From a bacterium (GTDB taxonomy: Bacteria; Zhuqueibacterota; Zhuqueibacteria; Residuimicrobiales; Residuimicrobiaceae), in assembly GCA_029565685.1 (NCBI GenBank), contig JAKQNR010000022.1, forward strand, positions 256,468 through 320,467: a stretch of DNA of 64,000 nt, given 5' to 3'. Both the position numbers and the translations under genes were made by a program. Within the stretch, counting starts at the first letter, position 1, and every line of letters starts with the position of its first letter. Shown here in pieces: positions 46,318 through 55,484 of the stretch. The notes under the pieces were generated by a model. The model saw only the letters and a list, made by a program, of their open reading frames with translations. It did not search any database and had not been told where the DNA came from.

Positions 46318-48513
46318 ATGAAACGAGCTTGTTTTCTTCACCTTTTGTTCACCCTACGGCTGTTAGCCAGCCCCCTGGCGGAGGCGGACACTCTCTTCAT
46401 TCAAGAACATCACACGCCTCTGCTGATCGGAGATTCGGCAAAAGCCAATGATATACGATCACTGGCGTTTCTTGCCGACCGCACCGTCTGCGCAGCCACC
46501 GGCGCAGGCCTGTATCATTACGACCCCTCCAGCCGCGTTTGGCTGCGTAAAACCGAGGGACCGGCTTTTTCTCTGGCCGCCGATTCTCTCGGCGTTCTCT
46601 GGGCCGGCGCCTGGGATGGTTTGTATCGCTGGAACGGAGAGGCGTATGAGAAACACCCGATTGTCCACAGCACGGTATCCGCGGTTTTAGCCCTGAAAGA
46701 CCGGGTTCTTGCCCTTGGACCAACTGGTTTTTATCAGGCCTCCTCCACTAGAGCAGAAAAAATCCACCTGCCCTTCAGCAGAGACGTTCATTCCCTTAAA
46801 CCTGATAACAGCGGCGGATATTATATCGCTACCAGCCGGGGACTGTTTCATCAACAGAATTCCGGCGCACGAGTGCTGCAGAATGAAACAGAGCTGTTGA
46901 GTGCATGGGTCACCGATGTCGAGTACGCTGCGGACGGCAAGCTGTGGATCAGCGGTATGGGCGGCATTACCCTCTATGAAGGGGATCGGCGCTTCGGCCA
47001 GTTCACGCCGGCAGAGGGATTGGCTTCCATCTATGTAAACTGCCTGAGGCTGGCGCCGAATGGCGCAATGTGGATCGGCACCCGCCATGGAGTCATCCGT
47101 CATCATCATGGTGCGTGGTCGCTGCGCCACTCCAAACGGTGGTTGTGCGGCGACGATGTTAGGGATATTGTGTTTGATCAAAACGGTTCAGCCTGGATCG
47201 CCACTAATGCCGGCGTCAGCGTTTTGTCGACCAGACCCATGAGCCTGTCAGCGAAAGCAAATCACTATCACCGGGTTCTACAGGCGCGCCACGTGCGGCC
47301 GCCCTATCTGGTGGAAAAATGCCGGCTTGCGGTTCCGGGCGATACCCTCACTTGGCAGCCGTTGGATAACGATAACGACGGTCAATACACCGGCATGTAT
47401 CTGGCCATGGAATCGTTCCGCTATGCGGTGACCAGAGAGGCGACGGCGCGAGAAAATGCCAGCAAGGCCTTCAACGCGCTGCACTTTTTGCAAACCGTGA
47501 CCGGCAGCAAAGGTTTTGTCGCCCGCACGGTGATTCCATCCGACTGGACCACCATGGCGGATCCCAACCGCAGCATCGACGATCAGGAGTGGGCGGAGCG
47601 ATTGGTCAGGAATCCCAGGGAAAAGCGCAGGGAAAATTTGTGGCGGCTCTCTCAGGATCAACGTTGGCTGTGGAAGGGCGACACCAGCAGCGATGAGATC
47701 ACCGGGCACATGTACGGATATCTCTTTTACCATGACCTGGTTGCCGATGCAATGGAAAAACGTCGGATCAGTAATCATGTCTGCCGCATCGTGGATTATA
47801 TCATCGAACATGGTTTTGTGCTCACGGACATCGATGGGCAGCACACTACTTGGGGCGTCTGGGCGCCGGAGCGGCTGAATGAGGATCCGGACTGGGCTGC
47901 CGAACGAGGCATCAATTCGCTGGAGATGCTCTCTTACCTCAAATTGGCTCATCACCTGAGCGGCAAGTCACGCTATCAGCAGATTTACCTGGACCTGCTG
48001 CATACCCATCATTACGGACAAAATGTGCTTACTGCTAAAACGACAAATCCCGCCTGGACCACGCATATCGACGATGAGTTGCTCGCTTTGGCTTTTCCCT
48101 GCCTACTGCTGCACGAAAAAGACCCGAGCATTAAATCGATTTATCTCAAAAGCCTTGAACAGTGGTACGAATCAGCTGAAAGGGATCAGAGTCCGTTTTT
48201 TAATTTTACTTATGCGGCGTTGAGCGGCGACGACCCACGCCTCGAATCCTCGTTGTTCTTTTTGCGCGATACGTCGTGGGATTTGCGCCGCTGGCGGATC
48301 AATAACGGTTGGCGCGCCGATGTCGCGCCCTGCTATTTCCCAGAGCTGGAGCGGGTACAGCTGAACCGGCTGGCGCCCATCAGCGAACGCAGTTTTTTCA
48401 GGTGGGATGATAATCCCTGGTATCCGGAGGACGGCGATGACGGCGCGACCGAGAGCGACGGCGTCTTTTGGTTGCTGCCTTATTGGATGGGAAGGTATTA
48501 TGGCTTTCTATAA
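46318..48513 (+). CDS. Uncharacterised exported protein, paralog of 27001-29340
   Basis: Probable start MKRAC; propeller repeats; NDNDGQYT, WKGDTSSDE, GINSL, DDEL, WLLPYW. Confidence 0.6.
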   Translation: MKRACFLHLLFTLRLLASPLAEADTLFIQEHHTPLLIGDSAKANDIRSLAFLADRTVCAATGAGLYHYDPSSRVWLRKTEGPAFSLAADSLGVLWAGAWDGLYRWNGEAYEKHPIVHSTVSAVLALKDRVLALGPTGFYQASSTRAEKIHLPFSRDVHSLKPDNSGGYYIATSRGLFHQQNSGARVLQNETELLSAWVTDVEYAADGKLWISGMGGITLYEGDRRFGQFTPAEGLASIYVNCLRLAPNGAMWIGTRHGVIRHHHGAWSLRHSKRWLCGDDVRDIVFDQNGSAWIATNAGVSVLSTRPMSLSAKANHYHRVLQARHVRPPYLVEKCRLAVPGDTLTWQPLDNDNDGQYTGMYLAMESFRYAVTREATARENASKAFNALHFLQTVTGSKGFVARTVIPSDWTTMADPNRSIDDQEWAERLVRNPREKRRENLWRLSQDQRWLWKGDTSSDEITGHMYGYLFYHDLVADAMEKRRISNHVCRIVDYIIEHGFVLTDIDGQHTTWGVWAPERLNEDPDWAAERGINSLEMLSYLKLAHHLSGKSRYQQIYLDLLHTHHYGQNVLTAKTTNPAWTTHIDDELLALAFPCLLLHEKDPSIKSIYLKSLEQWYESAERDQSPFFNFTYAALSGDDPRLESSLFFLRDTSWDLRRWRINNGWRADVAPCYFPELERVQLNRLAPISERSFFRWDDNPWYPEDGDDGATESDGVFWLLPYWMGRYYGFL

Positions 48514-48534
48514 TGTCAGACAGGAGGGCTGTCC

Positions 48535-49707
48535 ATGAAGATCTATTTGCTGCTGTTGTTGCCGTTTTGCGCATTGCAGGCCGAACAACCTTTTTTTTTC
48601 GAACAGAACATCTTTCCCCTGCAGGACAAGCACGTGCATGCCAGCAGTATCGTCCAGTGCCCGAATGGTGACCTGCTCGCCTGCTGGTTTCATGGTTCCG
48701 GCGAACGCACGGCCGACGATGTGCAGGTGCAGGGCGCTCGCCTCCGCCGTGGTCAGAAAGTATGGAGCCCGGTGTTTCTCATGGCGGATACGCCGGGTTT
48801 TCCTGACTGCAATCCGGTGCTGTTCATCGATGGACGCCGCCGCCTGTGGCTGGTATGGGTCACGGTGTTGGACAATCAGTGGCATCGCTCTCTGTTGAAA
48901 TATCGTCTATCCAGCGACTTTCACAACGATGGACCGCCTCGCTGGCAATGGCAGGATGTACTGCTGATAAAACCCGGCGACGAATTTGCGGTCGTTGCCG
49001 ACAGTGCGTTTGATGCGCTGAACCATGCGGAGCCCCAGTGGGCGGAATATGCACCGCCTTATGAAAAACTGCTCCGTGAGGCGAGCCGGGACTCTTTCAA
49101 GCGTCTGCTCGGCTGGATGTCCCGCACCCATCCGCTGACGCTGCCGAACGGCCGCATCCTGTTGCCCTTGTACTCGGATGGATTCAATTTCGGCTTGATC
49201 GCGATCAGCGACGACGACGGCGAGCACTGGCGTCCCAGTGCGCCGATTGTCGGCTTTGGCTGCAGTCAACCCACTCTGGTCCTTCGCCGGGACGGCTCTT
49301 TGATCGCCTATCTGCGCGATGACGGCGATCCGCCCAAGCGGGTTCAGTTCAGCGCCTCCATGGACCATGGGCTTACCTGGTCAGCGGCCCGAGACACCGA
49401 TATCCCCAATCCCGGCTCCAGCCTGGAAGTCCTGCGATTAAGCAGCGGCGGCTGGCTGATGATCTACAATGACACGGAGGATGGCCGCCACAGCCTGACG
49501 GCCGCTCTGTCGGATGATGAGGGAAAAAGCTGGCAGTGGCGCCGGTCGATCGCCCGTTCGGCAGTAAATAGTAAAAGCTATGCCTATCCATCGGTCATTC
49601 AGAGCGCCGAAGGATTGATCCAAGTTACTTTTTCTTATGCCGCCGACTCTGAGGAAACCATTCGACATGTGGTTTTCAACGAAGCGTGGGTGCGGGCGGC
49701 GCCATAA
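48535..49707 (+). CDS. BNR-repeat sialidase/neuraminidase-like protein
   Basis: HASSI..PNGDLLACWF, Asp boxes SDDDGEHW, SMDHGLTW, SDDEGKSW, YAYPS; SD AGGAGG. Confidence 0.8.
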   Translation: MKIYLLLLLPFCALQAEQPFFFEQNIFPLQDKHVHASSIVQCPNGDLLACWFHGSGERTADDVQVQGARLRRGQKVWSPVFLMADTPGFPDCNPVLFIDGRRRLWLVWVTVLDNQWHRSLLKYRLSSDFHNDGPPRWQWQDVLLIKPGDEFAVVADSAFDALNHAEPQWAEYAPPYEKLLREASRDSFKRLLGWMSRTHPLTLPNGRILLPLYSDGFNFGLIAISDDDGEHWRPSAPIVGFGCSQPTLVLRRDGSLIAYLRDDGDPPKRVQFSASMDHGLTWSAARDTDIPNPGSSLEVLRLSSGGWLMIYNDTEDGRHSLTAALSDDEGKSWQWRRSIARSAVNSKSYAYPSVIQSAEGLIQVTFSYAADSEETIRHVVFNEAWVRAAP

Positions 49708-49847
49708 TCCTCGGCGGGAAGATTTATCATTTTGCACATCGCACTCACAGCCTTTTCTCAGCAACAGGATTAAACCGAGGTGTTGAGAACAAGCCGATGC
49801 CTGCTTTGATTCAGCGGGTTACTGTATCTATTTGCGCGAGGAAGACC

Positions 49848-51539
49848 ATGGTTCATCATCGCTGCTGTGCTTTACTTTTATTGTTGCTCCTCGGCCCTGT
49901 CACAGGCGGAGAAAAAACGGCGGCATCGAGCGTCGTTGCCTCGGACAGCGCTCTTTATATCGCGGACCTGCCCTTTGTCATGCCGGAGATTTCCTTGCCG
50001 TGTATCCCCCAGCGCCAGGTGAGCATCATCGCTTTCGGCGCTCAGGGCGATGGCCGCACTTTGAACACTTTAGCTTTTAATCGCGCCATCGAGGCCTGTC
50101 ATGCCGAAGGAGGAGGACGTGTGATCGTGCCGGCTGGAATCTGGTTGACCGGTCCCATTGCGCTCAAAGACAACATAGAGCTGCATCTGCAAAAGAACGC
50201 CTGCCTTCTATTCACTCCGCAATTGGACCAGTATCCGGTCGTTCACGCTCAGTATGAAGGAGAAAGTGCATTTCGCCGGCAGTCGCCGATCTCGGGCAGG
50301 GATTTGGAGAACATCGCCATCACTGGTCCTGGCATGGTGGATGGTTCAGGTCAGGCCTGGCGACCGGTGAAAAAGATGAAAATGACCAGCCGTCAGTGGA
50401 AAGAGCTGACCGCTTCCGGCGGAGTGGTGTCGTCCAATGGCGCCATCTGGCATCCCTCATCACAGGCGATGGAGGGAGAGGCCTTGGTGGAAAAACTGCG
50501 AAAGAAAAACATTACCGATCCCGCAGCCTATGCGGCGTGTGCGGAATACCTACGGCCGGTCATGGTATCGCTGGTGCGCTGTAAAAAAGTGCTGTTGGAC
50601 GGGCCGACCTTTTGCAACTCTCCGGCCTGGAACCTGCACCCCTTTTTGTGCGAGGACGTAGTGATCCGCAATCTCACTGTGCGCAATCCTTGGCATTCGC
50701 AGAACGGCGACGGATTGGATCTTGAATCCTGCCGTCGCGTTCTGGTGGAGGAGTGTTCGTTCGATGTCGGCGATGACGCGATTTGCGTGAAATCCGGAAA
50801 AGGGGAGCAGGGGCGGCGTCTGGCGCGACCCTGCGAATGGATGGTGGTGCGAAATTGCACGGTGTATCACGGACACGGCGGTTTTACCATCGGCAGCGAG
50901 ATGTCCGGCGGAGTCCGCAACGTGGTGGTGCAAAATTGCACTTTTAGCGGCACAGACATGGGCGTGCGCTTTAAAAGCGCTCGAGGCCGGGGCGGTGTTG
51001 TGGAGAACATCTATATCGAAAATATCTATATGCAGAATATTCCCACCGATGCCATTGGATTCAACCTGTTCTACAGCAATCAGGAGCCGCTGGTGGATGC
51101 AGCGGACGCGGCCGTTTCTGCGGCCAAGGCGCCGGTCTCTGAGGAAACGCCGCAATTCCGTAGAATTTATCTCAAGAACATCCTTTGTCGGGGCGCCGGC
51201 CGGGCGATTTTTCTACAAGGTCTGCCCGAAATGCCCATCGAAGAGATCGGGTTGCAGAACGTCGTCATCAGCAGCAAGGCTGGATTCTTCGCTGTGGATG
51301 TGCAATCTCTTGACGTGGATCATCTGTCTTTGGATACGACAGCGCCGTTGTGCACACTGACCAATTGCCGTGAGGTGACTTTGCGCAACACGCTGCCGCT
51401 GGAAAAGGGCGCTGTGTTGCGCGTCCGTGGGCCCCGCTCCGCGCGGATTCATCTGCCGGGCATCGATCCTACGCTCGGCAAGCGCGTGGTGGAACAGTGT
51501 GGGGATGTGCCGGCGGATGCCGTCCTTCTGTCCAGATAA
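49848..51539 (+). CDS. Glycoside hydrolase family 28 (polygalacturonase-like)
   Basis: QNGDGLDLESC, GDDAICVKSG, GHGGFTIGSEMSGGV, RFKSARGRGG; start moved to MVHHR after GAGGA. Confidence 0.9.
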   Translation: MVHHRCCALLLLLLLGPVTGGEKTAASSVVASDSALYIADLPFVMPEISLPCIPQRQVSIIAFGAQGDGRTLNTLAFNRAIEACHAEGGGRVIVPAGIWLTGPIALKDNIELHLQKNACLLFTPQLDQYPVVHAQYEGESAFRRQSPISGRDLENIAITGPGMVDGSGQAWRPVKKMKMTSRQWKELTASGGVVSSNGAIWHPSSQAMEGEALVEKLRKKNITDPAAYAACAEYLRPVMVSLVRCKKVLLDGPTFCNSPAWNLHPFLCEDVVIRNLTVRNPWHSQNGDGLDLESCRRVLVEECSFDVGDDAICVKSGKGEQGRRLARPCEWMVVRNCTVYHGHGGFTIGSEMSGGVRNVVVQNCTFSGTDMGVRFKSARGRGGVVENIYIENIYMQNIPTDAIGFNLFYSNQEPLVDAADAAVSAAKAPVSEETPQFRRIYLKNILCRGAGRAIFLQGLPEMPIEEIGLQNVVISSKAGFFAVDVQSLDVDHLSLDTTAPLCTLTNCREVTLRNTLPLEKGAVLRVRGPRSARIHLPGIDPTLGKRVVEQCGDVPADAVLLSR

Positions 51540-51554
51540 CGCGGAACGCGATGC

Positions 51555-52286
51555 ATGACTCCGAATAAATTCAAGACGCTCATCGTTGACGATGAATGGC
51601 TGGTGCGGTCAGAGCTGCGTCTCATGGTTTCCGAGTTCGATGAACTGACGCTCGTCGGAGAGGCCGCAAGCGTTGATCAGGCGGTGTCCCTGGTGCAGGA
51701 AACCCAGCCGGACGTCATTTTTCTTGATATTCAAATGCCGGGCGCTTCCGGCTTTGAATTGCTGGAGCGAACCGCGGTCTCGGCCCGAATCATCTTTATC
51801 ACCGCGTTCGACCAGTATGCCATTCGCGCCTTTGAGGTGAATGCGCTGGATTATCTGCTCAAACCCATCAGCCGGGAGCGGCTGCAAAAGGCGGTTGCGC
51901 GACTGCACACCGGAACCCCTACATCGGAATGGCAGGCGAAAAAAGTCGCCTATGAAGATGTGATCTATGTGCTGGCCGACGGCTCTTTAAAATTCATCAA
52001 GCTGCCTTTGCTCAAAGCGTTGACCGCGGCGGGCAACTATTCTTACATTCTGTACGGCGACAAACCAAAGACCCTGGTGACTAAAACCCTACAGGAGTGG
52101 GAAGATTTGCTGCCGGACAAATATTTCGTGCGCATTCATCGTTCCGCGATCATCAACTTTGAGTACGTGGATCGCGTGGTCAAATGTGAAAACTATACCC
52201 ATCAGATCCACCTGCGCGGCGTGCAACAGCCGTTTGTCATGAGCCGTCGCTATGCCGCCAAACTGCGCGCTCTGCTCAGCTGGTAA
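51555..52286 (+). CDS. LytTR family response regulator
   Basis: IVDDE, FLDIQMP, FITAFD, DYLLKP, FVRIHRSAIIN. Confidence 0.95.
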   Translation: MTPNKFKTLIVDDEWLVRSELRLMVSEFDELTLVGEAASVDQAVSLVQETQPDVIFLDIQMPGASGFELLERTAVSARIIFITAFDQYAIRAFEVNALDYLLKPISRERLQKAVARLHTGTPTSEWQAKKVAYEDVIYVLADGSLKFIKLPLLKALTAAGNYSYILYGDKPKTLVTKTLQEWEDLLPDKYFVRIHRSAIINFEYVDRVVKCENYTHQIHLRGVQQPFVMSRRYAAKLRALLSW

Positions 52287-52304
52287 AGCGCGGTCGAGCC
52301 GCGG

Positions 52305-55300
52305 CTAACGGCGGCGGCCAGGGTCTTTGTCCGTCGCCGCCGAATCGCGCTCCTGATCATAGCGAATCCTGATCTGCGCGTGCACCCACCCCGATTCCTC
52401 ATGCAGCCGGAACTCGTAACGGTCCTTGAACATGATCTCCAACCGTTGGCGGATGTTGTCCAGCGACGTCCCATGCACCTCCGGATCTCCGCCGTCATAC
52501 TCCTTCTCCAAAAGCCGTCCGGTGTTGGAGACATCTATGGAAAGCAGCCGGTCATGGATCGTGATCAGCACTTTGACCCTTAAGGGCATGGGACTGGTGC
52601 GCATGCCGTATTTGATCGCATTCTCGATCAGCGGCTGAAACAGGAACGACGGCACCTGGCAATTACGCGCCGCCTCATCGATCTGAAACGACACCTCCAG
52701 GGAATCGCGGTAGCGGATTTTTTCGATGTGCAGATAATTGTTGACCGCTCCGATCTCTTCGTTGAGAGTATCCTCCAGTTTGTTAAAGTTGAGCAGCGTG
52801 TAACGGAAGAATTCTGACATCTCGGTGATCATCTGCCACGCCCGCTCTTTGTCGATCAGGATCATCGAACGAATAGAGTTATGCGCGTTGAAGAGAAAAT
52901 GCGGGTTCATCTGGTAGCGCAGCAGCTTCAGTTGGGCCAGATTCGCCAGAGAGGTGGCTTTGAAAAAATTCTTTTTCTGGTTCTGATAGTCGATGAAGTG
53001 CTTGATGGTCAAGCCCAGCAGCAGCAGACCGATGATCTTGGCCCACCAGGTCTTCCACATCGGCGGCGTAATGGTAATGCGCAGCGAGGTTCCTGTTTCG
53101 TTCCAAACGCCGTCGCTGTTCGCCGCTTTGACGCGCAGGGTGTACTTGCCCGGATTGAGGTTGGTATAGGTGGCCACGTGCTGATGCCCGATGTCGTTCC
53201 AATCCGGATCAAATCCCTCCAGTTTGTATCGATACCGATTCTTGGAACTGACGGCATAGCTGAGCGCGGCAAATTCAATGGAAAAGACCGAATGGCGGTA
53301 CGAGAGGAGGAGGTGATCTGTATCGGTGATGGATTTTTGCAGCAATCCATCGTTTGCACCGACGTGCACCGGCTTGTTGTTCACCCGCAGACCGGTCAGG
53401 ACCACGGGCGGGCATTTCTCCTTTTGTTTGATCGCTTGCGGATCAAACACCGTAACGCCGTTGATCCCGCCGAAATACATTTTTCCATCCCGGCTTTTCA
53501 GATAGGCGTTGTAGCAGAACTGATTGCTTTGCAGCCCATTCTCTTTGGTGAAGACGATGCATCGGCCGTCGGCTGGATGAAAGCAAACCAACCCATCGGT
53601 GGTGCTCAACCATAGATGACGCTGCTCGTCCTCAAGGATGCCATAGACGACATTGCCGGGCAAGCCGTCTTCATCGCTGTAGCGGCGGAACTGGCCGGTC
53701 GTTGGATTCAGGCGAAAGAGGCCGGCGCCCAGCGTACCGGCCCAAATCTCCCCCGCGTGGTCCTGAAACACGACGCGCACTTCAACCGCCGCGGCGTTCT
53801 GATCAACCAGACGGTACTCTTTAAATGTCCGCGCATTTTTGTTCAGCCGTCCCAATCGGCCGTTATCCGATCCAATCCAAATGGCATCGCTGCGATCCTG
53901 CATGAGCGCGGAGATCAGCGTATACCTGCATAGATTCTCACGCGAAGGCCAGTGCTCGAAACGCGCGGTGCGGCTGTTGTAAACGTCCAACCCGGCGTCC
54001 GTGGTGCCGATCCAAATGTCGCCTTCTCGATCCGCCAGCAGAGTGAGAATATCATCGCTCGCCGGACTGTTGGATACACCGGCTTTATGCCGGTGTATCT
54101 TGCATTTTCCACTGCGCGCATGCAAAACGTTCAGACCGCCGCGGAAGGTGCCTGCCCAGATATCCCCGTGGCGATCGCTGACAAGCGCTTTAATATTATT
54201 GACAGACAGACTGTAAGGATTGTTCGCTTCATGCTTGTAATAGATGAAGCGGCCGGTGTCGTGACGCCGGCGATTGATGCCGCCCTCTTCGGTTCCGAAC
54301 CAGATGTCCCCCTGTTGGTCTTGCAGCAGAGCGTAAACCACCTTGTTGTTGAGAAAACGATGATCATTCGACCGGGCTTGAAGGTGGTCAAAAACAGCGC
54401 TTTGCTGGCTGAGATAATTCAGTCCATCGCGTGTGCCGATCCACAGATCGCCGTCGAAATCACGGTAAAAACACTGGACAGAGTTGTGGCTCAGCGCCTC
54501 GGGATCGTTTGGATCATGCTCATAGCGCTCATGGACGCCGGTCCCCAGATGAAGCCGGTAGATGCCGCTTCGATTTCCCAGCAGGAGATGGTTCGGACCG
54601 TCCTCCAAAAGAGAGCGGATGGTGGTGCTCTCCGGATTGTTGGGATTAATGGCGATGTGCTCGAACGAGCTGTCCGCCGGATGGAACAGATTGAGTCCGC
54701 CAAGGTTGGTGCCGATCCAAAGGCGGCCTGAGGAATCCTCATATAGAGAGCGGATGTCGTTGTCGCCCAGGCTGCGCGGTTGTAGTGGATCATGGCGGAA
54801 GCAGGTAAAGCGTTTCACTCCGGGATCAAAACGCCACAGACCTGAGGCCAAGGTTCCCAGCCAGAGAATCCCATTATGATCCTGCACGAGTACATTGACC
54901 GTGATCAACCGCGTCGGGGAGGAGGCGCGTTCCGCAGGCAGGTAGGTGGAAAATTTTTTTTCAATCGGATCGAAATGGTCCAGGCCGCGGTTGGTCGCTA
55001 ACCACAGACCGCCGGTCTGATCCTCTATGATGGCATTGACGTCGTATCCGGTCTGCTGAGCGGCGGATTCTGCGGAATCCGTCGCCATATGCTCCACTCG
55101 CATTGTGGTGGTGTGCAGACAATCCAAACCGCCGCTTTCCGTGCCGATCCACAGCCGCCCCCGGCGATCTGCATGCAGGGCTCGGACCAAGGGCGCTGAA
55201 ATCCCCTGCGGATCCACCGGCTTCCAGCGAAACGGAACAAAGTTGATGCCGTCATAACGGCAAAGACCTTCGTTGGTGCCGATCCATAAAAAACCATGTG

Positions 55301-55466
55301 AATCCTGAGTGATGCAATTGACTTTGCTGTGAGAAAGCCCCTGGTCGATGGTGAAATGGATGAACCGCGGCTGCGAGTGTGCCTCGGCACAGCTGCCGGG
55401 CCGAGGCATAACGGCAAGCAGGATTAGTGCGAACCAAAGAGGTGAAAGGCTGTGGGTTCTAACCAT
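52305..55466 (-). CDS. Sensor histidine kinase: double regulator propeller, Y_Y_Y, TM, LytS-type kinase core
   Basis: QDxxGxLWIGT repeats, YRYKLEGFD..YTNLNPGKY, YQMNPHFLFN, QPLIENAIKYG. Confidence 0.9.
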   Translation of the reverse strand: MVRTHSLSPLWFALILLAVMPRPGSCAEAHSQPRFIHFTIDQGLSHSKVNCITQDSHGFLWIGTNEGLCRYDGINFVPFRWKPVDPQGISAPLVRALHADRRGRLWIGTESGGLDCLHTTTMRVEHMATDSAESAAQQTGYDVNAIIEDQTGGLWLATNRGLDHFDPIEKKFSTYLPAERASSPTRLITVNVLVQDHNGILWLGTLASGLWRFDPGVKRFTCFRHDPLQPRSLGDNDIRSLYEDSSGRLWIGTNLGGLNLFHPADSSFEHIAINPNNPESTTIRSLLEDGPNHLLLGNRSGIYRLHLGTGVHERYEHDPNDPEALSHNSVQCFYRDFDGDLWIGTRDGLNYLSQQSAVFDHLQARSNDHRFLNNKVVYALLQDQQGDIWFGTEEGGINRRRHDTGRFIYYKHEANNPYSLSVNNIKALVSDRHGDIWAGTFRGGLNVLHARSGKCKIHRHKAGVSNSPASDDILTLLADREGDIWIGTTDAGLDVYNSRTARFEHWPSRENLCRYTLISALMQDRSDAIWIGSDNGRLGRLNKNARTFKEYRLVDQNAAAVEVRVVFQDHAGEIWAGTLGAGLFRLNPTTGQFRRYSDEDGLPGNVVYGILEDEQRHLWLSTTDGLVCFHPADGRCIVFTKENGLQSNQFCYNAYLKSRDGKMYFGGINGVTVFDPQAIKQKEKCPPVVLTGLRVNNKPVHVGANDGLLQKSITDTDHLLLSYRHSVFSIEFAALSYAVSSKNRYRYKLEGFDPDWNDIGHQHVATYTNLNPGKYTLRVKAANSDGVWNETGTSLRITITPPMWKTWWAKIIGLLLLGLTIKHFIDYQNQKKNFFKATSLANLAQLKLLRYQMNPHFLFNAHNSIRSMILIDKERAWQMITEMSEFFRYTLLNFNKLEDTLNEEIGAVNNYLHIEKIRYRDSLEVSFQIDEAARNCQVPSFLFQPLIENAIKYGMRTSPMPLRVKVLITIHDRLLSIDVSNTGRLLEKEYDGGDPEVHGTSLDNIRQRLEIMFKDRYEFRLHEESGWVHAQIRIRYDQERDSAATDKDPGRRR

Positions 55467-55484
55467 CGCCGGCCGGCTCCACTA

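Noticed and set aside
49708-49847. Possible LytTR direct-repeat site before the GH28 gene
   Set aside because: Repeats too degenerate to support.
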